A DNA stretch of 64,000 bases. It comes from the human T2T-CHM13v2.0 reference genome, Homo sapiens. Shown piece by piece: positions 55,411-64,000 of the stretch. Both the position numbers and the translations under genes were made by a program. Under the pieces are notes generated by a model, which did not search any database, was not told the DNA's origin, and saw nothing but the letters and a program-made list of their open reading frames with translations. Numbering within the stretch: the stretch's first letter is position 1; each line of letters starts with the position of its first letter. Location of the stretch: assembly GCF_009914755.1 (NCBI RefSeq), contig NC_060927.1; one strand, written 5' to 3'.

Positions 55411-57906
55411 TATCTTAGTTTACTTTCTCTTACTATAAAAGAATACCACAGACCGAGTAGTTTATAAAGAAAAGAAGTTTATTTAGCTCACAGTTCTGGA
55501 GACTGGGAAGTTCAATAGCATGGTGTCTGCATCTGGTAAGGGCCTTCTTGCTTGCCATAACATGGCAGAGAGCATCACATGATAAGAAAAGGCAAGAGCA
55601 AAAGAACCAGAAAGAGGTTGCTTTTTATAATAAAGGCACTCCCACGATAATGAATTCAATCCCATGATAGCAACATTAATCCATTCATGAGGGCAGAGCC
55701 TCATTAATTCATTAATTTATTCATTCATGGGAATAGAGGGATTCAATTTTCAACAAATAAACTTTGGAATACACATTTTAGCCATAGCATTCTGTCTCTA
55801 GCCCCCAAAATTAATGTCCTTCTTACATGCAAAATAATTAATTCCATCCTAATAGCCCCACAGTCTTAACCATTCCAGTATCAACTCAAAGTCCAAAGTC
55901 CAGAGTCTCATTTAAATCAGATATGAGTGACTCAAGGTATGATTCATCCCATGGCAAATTTCCTCCAGCTGTGAACTTGTGAAATCAAAACAAGTTATCT
56001 ACTTTCAAAATACAATGGTGGGACAGACACAAGATAAACATTCACATTCCAGGAGAGGGAAAGGAAGCAAGAAAAAAGGCATAACTGGTTCCAAGTAAGT
56101 CAAAAATCTAACAGGAGAAACAATATTATTCATTGAAGCTTCAGAATGATTTTTCACTCTGTGTTGCCTCCAGGACACAGTGGGGATTTGGACCCCCTCC
56201 TCCACAAAATTTCTGGCAGCCCCACCCCTATGACTTTGGAGGGCTCCGCCTATGTAGCAGTTCTCACAGACTGAGTCCCTTGCCTGCAGTTATCACAGGT
56301 TGGTGTTACACACTGGTGGCTCTACAATTCTTGAGTCTTGAGGGTGACCCTGACCCTATGGCTTTACTGGGCATTGCCCTAGAGGGAGCTCTTAGCAGCA
56401 GCTTTGACTTCAATCCCAAATTTTAGCTCAGCTTTGCCTGACTGTGGTCTCTCTGCAGTAACTCTACTTGTGTGACAAACCACCGTGTGGTCTATGTCTA
56501 GGCCCCTAGACTTTTGTGATATCCTTTGAAATCTAATTGGAGGAAGTCATGTGTTCACAGCTCTTGCTTTCTGCATGCCTGCACAATTAGAGCCACATGA
56601 ACACTGCCAAGGCATGTGACTTATGCCTTCGATGACTTATACCTTCTATAGTTTATACCTTCTGAAGCACTGGGACCATTTGAGCCATAGCTGGAGAGGC
56701 CACCATGTGCTGGAATGCAGAGAGCAGAGACCTGAGGTGGCCCTTGCCAGCTGCCCAACCCCTTAACCATTCTGCCTTCTTGGAGGTCTGGGCCTGTGAT
56801 GGGAAAGGCAGCCTCAAAGATCTCTAAAATGTCTTCCAAGTTTTTCTCCCAATGTCTTGATTAATAGCCTCTGGCTTTCTTTGATCCATACTAATTTCCT
56901 TCTCAATGGGTTCCATGTTGTTTCATTCTCTACCGCATCACCAGGCTGCTAGTTTTCCAAATCTTTGCACTCTGCTTCCCTTGTAATTATAAATTCTGTC
57001 TTTAAATCAACTCTTTCTTCTATATTTTACTGTAAGTGGTTAAAAATAGCCATTAAGCAGCCTGCATGGTTTGTAGCTTAGCTATTTTCTTTGACCAGAT
57101 ATCCTAATTTATCACTCTTAAATTCTGCCTTCTATAAAACCCTCAGGCACAGGCACAGTTCATTGTTACCTAATAACAAGGTGGAGGAGGGGGTCTTAAT
57201 TCCAGTTTCCAACACCTCCTTTCTCATTTCCATCTGAGACCTTATCAGAATAGCCTTTTCTGTCCATATTTCTATCAACATTCTAGTCATAACTACTTAA
57301 GTAATCTCTAAGGTCCAGACATTCCCTAGTCTTCTCTTATTCCCAGCTTTCACTCGAATCACTCTTGATGCCCCATTCATGATAATAAAGACTTTTTCTA
57401 GCCTACTCCTCCAAATTCTTCCAGCTTCTGCCCATTACCCAGTTCCAAAGCCATGTCCACATTACTAGGTATTTGTTATACCAACAATCCCACTTCTTAG
57501 TAGAATTTTCTGTCTTAATTTGTTTTCTGTTGCTATAAGAAATTACAGATTGGGTAATTTATAAAGGAAAAATGTTTATTTAGCCCACAGTTCTAGAGGC
57601 TGAGAAGTCTAAGAACACGGTGCCTGTACCTCATACGGGCCTTCTTCTTGTGTCATAACATGTCAGGGCATAAAGGCTCTTGGCAAAAAGGCAGGAGCAG
57701 GAGAGTCAGATACAGTTTATTTTTACAACAAATCTATTTCCCAGATAATAAACCCTGTCCTGTGAAGACAACATGAATGAGGGCAGAACCCTCATTAATC
57801 CACTAATCTACTCATGAGGGCAGAGCCAACATTAATCCATTAGTGAGAGATGAGGGATTAAGTTTCCAGTACATGAGCTTTTGGGGGAAACATTCAAACC
57901 ACTGTA
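55411..57906 (-). mobile_element. MST-type MaLR provirus, antisense: LTR 55411-55789, internal 55790-57510, LTR 57511-57906
   Basis: Two homologous LTRs; purine-tract complement ttctgtctctagccccc; internal end ...cccacttcttagtagaattttc; near-TSD acata/ccata. Confidence 0.88.
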
Positions 57907-59920
57907 CCATATTTAAAGAAACATACCATAGCTCTCACACCTACCATCTTTTATCAGACAGCCTTCATATCACCATTTTTATAATTATGTCTTCAGTGTG
58001 AGCTTCTACAAGCATAGACCTATTGTTTACCCAACAGTGAATCACAAATGCCTGACAGATTGTGGGCATTTAAAAAACATTAGTTGGATAAATGCTTTTC
58101 AGATAGGGATATTTTATTGTAAACAGCAGAAATTGACTCTGGTTAATTTCAGAAAAGGGGATTAAATGGAATTTTCTCTTTTGAGCCTAGAGAACCAGGC
58201 TGAGAAAGAGGCAGGGAAAAATCCAGTATAGACAACTTGGAAAGAGGAGCCACAGCAGTGGGCTTATTGCAGAGTGTCTGGTCAGGACACAGCTACTGGG
58301 ACAAGCAAATACCAACTATATATTTTGGAAACTTCTGGAATTGTTTCCACATAGAGAAGTGTAAACAGATGGGAGTCAAACTGAGTCCTGAGAAGGAAAG
58401 AAGCTATAGCATTTTGTAACTAATGGAAAACGTTTCTTCTAAAAAAGTATTCTCTATGCTCCAAAGATTTGTCAGACTAAAGAAACTATTTTGGTTCTGA
58501 TAAGGTATGCAAGCTAATTAAAACCAATTAACCTATCAGCAGATAAAAGCCGAGGCCAAGTCCTCTCTTAATGCATAGTCCAATTTTAGAACAGGTATAG
58601 TTCTACTAACTTTTGATATTCAAGACACAGTGAATAGACCTGAGTTGATTATTAACTGGTAGTTATGATTGAGGAAGAACTAGATTATTCTAGCTGTTGT
58701 GCTTTTATAAAATACTGCTTATTTTTATAATTCAGTGTATTTTATTTCTCTTTTAAATAATTTGCACTGTAAAATTTGGGGCTCAGTTTTATTTCAAACA
58801 AGACAGAATGCTTACATATTTTTATGCCTTAATGTGGTCTGAAAATATATACAAGTTCTGGTTAGCTTTTGCTTGTTCAACACTTATTTCCATTCTTCCG
58901 ATAACTGCACCTTGAGTTTTTTCTTTGGGCAATCACTCCTCTTCCTCTATGCTTACTCCAAGAATAAATATGTGGCTTCTGAGAGCAGAAAAAGATAATC
59001 TATAATATTGTTTCTTTTACCTGGAGAATTAAAAACTAAAGTCACATTTTCAATGTCTGTGTGCTGAAAGCTCTGGTCTAGATAGTTTTCTTCAGATACT
59101 TGCCAATTTTTTAGTGCTGGTTGATTCTGTGAATAGAGATGATGAGGGTAATAGCTGTAGTGAACCTATCAAAACCAGAATATATGGGCTAGGGTTTAGT
59201 GATAAAATACCATTAGAGGTGAAAATCAGATTTATAATTAGCCATGTGAGAAAAAATAGAAAATAAAGATTAAGCCAGGGAGTGGTAAATAATAGTTGAG
59301 ATTTTTGAGAGAAGGCACCAATCTGTGCCTTAAATTTAAGTTTCTTCATGCTCCTTCAAGTGATATTTTACCTTATATTTAAAAACAAAAATAATTTTTT
59401 GTCAATAAACATTTATAGAGTAAATAATATTAGTGTATAATTATATACACATGCACACACATATGAATATATATGTCACAATAAAAAAGAGGTTAATTGG
59501 TTATATGACCTGCTAAATACTCATGAATGATTTTCTTACAGATGTGTAATTCCATTAATGAGCAATATCATGGTGAGTCTGGAATATATTCCCAAGGGTA
59601 TCTTTAGCAATCATTTAAGCTAGTTTGTTTTCACTTTAGGGCATTGAAAAATTGTTTTTGGAAAAACGGTTCTTACGGCATTTCCTGCAAGAAAATTAAG
59701 GAAGATGAAATAAGAGGTTCAGCATTCATAAAAACTTTGGGAAGGTATCAATGTCCTATTAGAGTCAGCTCAAGATATTTTTATTTACCATGCATTTCTT
59801 GAGTTCTTGCTATGAGTCCAGCACCATCTTCATTTGATGAAATAGGCATTCCTAAGTCCATCTGCATTGGCAAGCGAAGACTAGAAGAGGCAGAAGTTTG
59901 GAACTCTCTGCTCCATATGA

Positions 59921-60468
59921 CAGTTGTTTCTCCTTATCTGTGGTTTCACTTTTCAAAGTTTCAATGACCCATGGAAAATTTCAGAAATAATAAGTTTTAA
60001 GTTGCACATATTCTGAATATTATGGCAAAATCTTGGGCTGTACTGCTTCATCCCACCCAGGATGTGAATCATTCCTTTGTCCAATGTGCCACACCAGGTA
60101 TGCTACCCACCCATTCATCACTTAGTAACTATCTCAGTTATCATATCAACAAATCACAGGGAGAAGAGGGTGAGTACAGTCTAATAAGATATTTTGAGAG
60201 AGAGAGAGAACAAAAGAGAGACCACATTTATGTAACTTTTGTTACAGTATTTTGTCATAATTGTTCTATTTTATGATTAGTTGTTATTAATCTCTGCACC
60301 TAATTTATAAATTAAACTTCATCTTAGGTATTCACATACAGTTTGAAAAAACATAGTAGACATTTGCCAATCCCTGACATGGAATCTAACGGGGCTACAT
60401 AGGATGGGTACTATCTGGCGTCTACTGGGGTCTTGGAATGTATCCTCTGCAGATAAGGAGGAACTAAT
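59921..60468. mobile_element. MER44 (Tigger7-derived) DNA transposon
   Basis: Termini ccttatctgtggtttcac / tcctctgcagataaggaggaacta; internal cccaggatgtgaatcattcctttgtcca. Confidence 0.8.
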
Positions 60469-61629
60469 AAGATGTATTGTATGTATGTATACATCCTCTG
60501 CAGATATATGTATCCCCTGAAGATAAAGAGGAACTAAGTAAGATCCAATCTGATAAGCCACTTCATAGTGAACTTTCACTATAATTCCTCTAGGAAGAGG
60601 TGCATTCACCCAAGTGAGTCAAGCCTAGAAAAGACAGTCTTAGGGTCAACCCAGTAACAATTTTTCTTTAGTAGCACTTTAGAAAGCCATGGTAGAGAAG
60701 GCAGCCACAACTCATTTTCTCTGAGTACGTGACAAGCGGGGCCAAGGCTTATATTTTCAGCTGGGGAAATTTTTTTTTTAATATTAGGACAGACCTCCAA
60801 AATCTAAGTATCAGGGGATTGAAAAAAATAACAGAGGAGAGGAAGGATATAGAATCACCAGTGAAGGCTTGAAAAGTAAGAACTCTGATTTTGCCTTTTT
60901 AATTACCTGTCATCTTGGAAAAAGAGAGCTAAACCTGGAAAACTTGGAACATAAGCCAGTGTTATCTGTAATATTTATTTGTTTCTACTTTTAAGCAACA
61001 AAAATTGCCTTAAACCAAGTGCATCATGTGTACATCACTGGTTTTTAGATTTTAATAGCTTATTCCTCTTCCTTCTCTACAAACTAGAGCTTTAAACCCC
61101 CACTTTGATAGTCCCTACCTTTCCCCCAGTAAGTTTCAGCTTATTTCAGAGCCAAACTTCTCTGGTCCTCTTTTACATGTTTGTGGTCACCCTATTATTA
61201 CCATCTTGGACTTTGTCACTTTTTCTTTTTCTGTAGAACTTGTCTTTTGAACATTCAGGCTCCCCAGAGAACATTCTGTATAGCCACAGATGATTGTTTA
61301 AATACCCTCCTTTGTCTCTCATCAGGATTGTCTGTGCCTGTTGCGGAGAAAGCTCCCTCAGGAAGGCAGGACTGTATTAGCCTAAATTACAGCTGTATTC
61401 TCAGTGCCTATTACAGTCCCCTGAGTATAAAAGGTACTCAACACATATTGAATGCATGAATGAACAAATAAGGAATGAATAGTGTTGGGGAACCTTGTAG
61501 CCAATCTCCTTTAGATACAAACAAATTCAAGACACATTATAGTCAGTCTTCGGTGGCAGGCAACAAAAATTGGCTTGGGTAAGATTAGGTAAAATAAAAG
61601 AAGTTATTGGAAGGAGATGGGTCAGCTCG

Positions 61630-61953
61630 AGGATATAGCTCTGAGGTCAGATCAAATCTGTCCTGCTGTCTATCATTGTGCAGCCCACATGCTAAGAATA
61701 GTTTTTACACTTACAAATAGTTGAAAAAATCAAAACAAGAATAATATGTCATGACATAAAGATTATATGAAATTCAAATTCCAGTGTCCATAAATAAGGT
61801 TTATTGGAACACAGCCATGCCCATTTGTTTACATATTTTCTATGGCTGTGTTTGCGCGGCAGTGGCAGAGTGGAATAACTGTGACTGAGAACGCACATCA
61901 GAAAAGTCTAAAATATTTACTCCCAGGTCCTTTTCAGAACTTTGCCAATCCCT
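61630..61953. mobile_element. MER58B (hAT-Charlie)
   Basis: tatgaaattcaaattccagtgtccataaataaggttttattggaacacagccatgcccatttgtttacata. Confidence 0.85.
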
Positions 61954-62842
61954 AATTTAGCACATGGACTCCAACTGGGCAACAAGACCTTAGGGTGGTC
62001 AGAATTCCTTAGGGAATTAAGAAAGCAAGATAAGACTTGGACTCTAGGTAGCAGAAAGGAAGAGACAATTAATTACTTGGGGTGTCACCAGCAGAGTGAC
62101 TCTGATTACCCACATCCTAATTTCATTCAACTCAGTTTCCAAATTCCAGAAAAAGTGAGCCTGAGGAGCTTGACTTAGTTTACATGCCTGGCCCTCGACT
62201 ATAGGGGTTGTGGGGAAGGAACCTTGATTAAGGTCCCCATTATCTAGAAACTTAGAAAAAGGGACAGTTATTCATTACAGTACTTGAACAGTGATGCCAA
62301 GTTAAAATCACACCTGAGTAAAATCACACCTGAGCCTATTCCCTTCTCCCTTCAAAGATAAACAGAAGCCATTTGCTACCTGGTCACATACAGAGGCTGC
62401 TGCACAGTGGTGAGTGCACCACAGACATTGTGACTGCACCACAGACATTGTGACTGCTTGTCATCAAGATTGAGTGGACCCCTCATTACAGACTGTGTTT
62501 GCATTCATCAGAGTGTTACCTCTCATCTCTTCAGCTGCGTTTTGCCCAAGATGGTCATACCCAGACATGCACCATCTCATGCCAAAGTGACTGAACACCT
62601 GGGAGCCCCAGGGATTGTTTTAAGGATTCATTTTGATTTTCTCAATCTAGTTTCAAAACTATGGTAAACTACCTTTTAATAAAGCTGTCCTGGAGATTTC
62701 TCAATGAGACCACAAAGGCATTAGTGCTTGTCTAAATAGGTGTAAGAACATGAAGAACAGGATGTCTTGGTATCATATCAGCAGCATATGTCCAGTCTTT
62801 TTCCTCAGGAGCTATTGCCTAAAATTAAAAATGACCATTCAG

Positions 62843-63156
62843 GGCTGGGAACAGTGGCTCATGCCTGTAATCTCAGCACTTTGGGAGGCTGAGGTGGGAG
62901 AATTATTTGAGGCCAGTAGTTTGAGAGAAGCCTGGGCCACATAGTGAGACACTGTCTCCACAAAAATAATAAAAAATATTAGCCAGTCATGGTGGCACAC
63001 TAATGAAGTCCCAGCTACTTGGAAGTCTGAGGTGGGAGGATCACTTGAACCCAGGAAGGAATTGGAGACTACAGTGAGATATGATTGCACCACTGCACTC
63101 CAGCCTGAGTGACAGAGACCCTGTCTCTGGAAATAAAAAAGAAAAGAAAAGAAAAG
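62843..63156 (+). mobile_element. AluJ with (GAAAA)n tail
   Basis: TSD aaatgac(c/a)attcag at 62829 and 63157. Confidence 0.9.
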
Positions 63157-64000
63157 AAATGACAATTCAGTGACCATGAGAAAATCTACGAGCAACAGTT
63201 TCAGTGGCAAGCCTGTTTTACTTTTGCTTCTGTAGGAGGCTCATGCTAAGCAGAATGAGGAGATATAGGTGATTTCCAAGCTTGAAAAAAGATGAAAATT
63301 CAGTTATTATTTTTTAAGTGAAGTGTAATAGATAGATAGATAAGAGATTGGTAAATTACCTTCTAGTGTGAGAGTCAAAGTTTCTCTGCATGAAATGCAG
63401 TTTCTGGAGAGCCCAAACACAGTGGGTAAAGAGAATGAGCCCCTGTGTGTGTGTGCAATGGTAAAATATTTTTTCTTCATTTTTGAGTTCCAGAGAAAGA
63501 GAAGTACTTTAGAAATCTTTTTGGAAGAAAATGGATATGTAGGGATCTTGTTTATGTTTTTGTTTTAGATTTTTTTTTTTTTTTGAGCATTAGAGAGACA
63601 TTTGGGAATTTGAGAGATTGGTGCAAAAGTGTTTGTGGGTGTTCTTTCTTCATGTCAAGCTATGAAATAAAGTCATTTTATCTCAAAAAGCCCTTAGTTA
63701 ATGCTGGGGAAAACATTTTTATCCAACCTGGAGGACACTTGGGAAAGGATCTAGCAGCTGGTGCTTTGAGAAGGAGAAGACAGACGTTTTTGGGGGAGTG
63801 CAGAAGGGAAAGGAGGGGAGACAAGGAGGTGACCAGTCTGGACTCTGATGGTGTCTTTCCCCTGCCCAGACACCCAATGCCAGGTTTTAAAAATTCATCA
63901 ACATGGAGAAGGCAGGAATACCAATTAAGTGTTTAGCATAATAGAAAATCAATTTTAATTGTCCCAAATGGAACTATTGTTTACAGTTACAGATGGCTGC

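Overview
Primate, very probably human, genomic DNA from inside the metabotropic glutamate receptor 7 gene (GRM7, + strand). Only two coding exons are present: 3567-3767 (201 nt) and 12550-12689 (140 nt). They correspond to GRM7 exons 6 and 7 (about residues 392-505, end of the Venus flytrap domain; numbering recalled, not computed). The rest is intronic: the end of intron 5, all of intron 6 (8.8 kb) and the first ~51 kb of the long intron 7. The introns are filled with Alu, L1M, L2, MIR, MaLR/ERVL LTRs (including two LTR-internal-LTR MST proviruses in opposite orientation) and MER DNA-transposon remnants. The other short ORFs in the track are chance or repeat-derived. I see no novel multi-gene system. 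The best leads are: the Phe433 allele; a CFTR-like (TG)13 tract at the exon 6 acceptor; candidate cryptic, terminal and recursive splice signals that could give a soluble VFT-only receptor; a trimeric Alu inside one TSD; template-switch hairpins in an MST provirus; and several perfect micro-duplications. Repeat subfamily names come from recalled consensus sequences and are approximate. Boundaries without TSDs are good to tens of bp.
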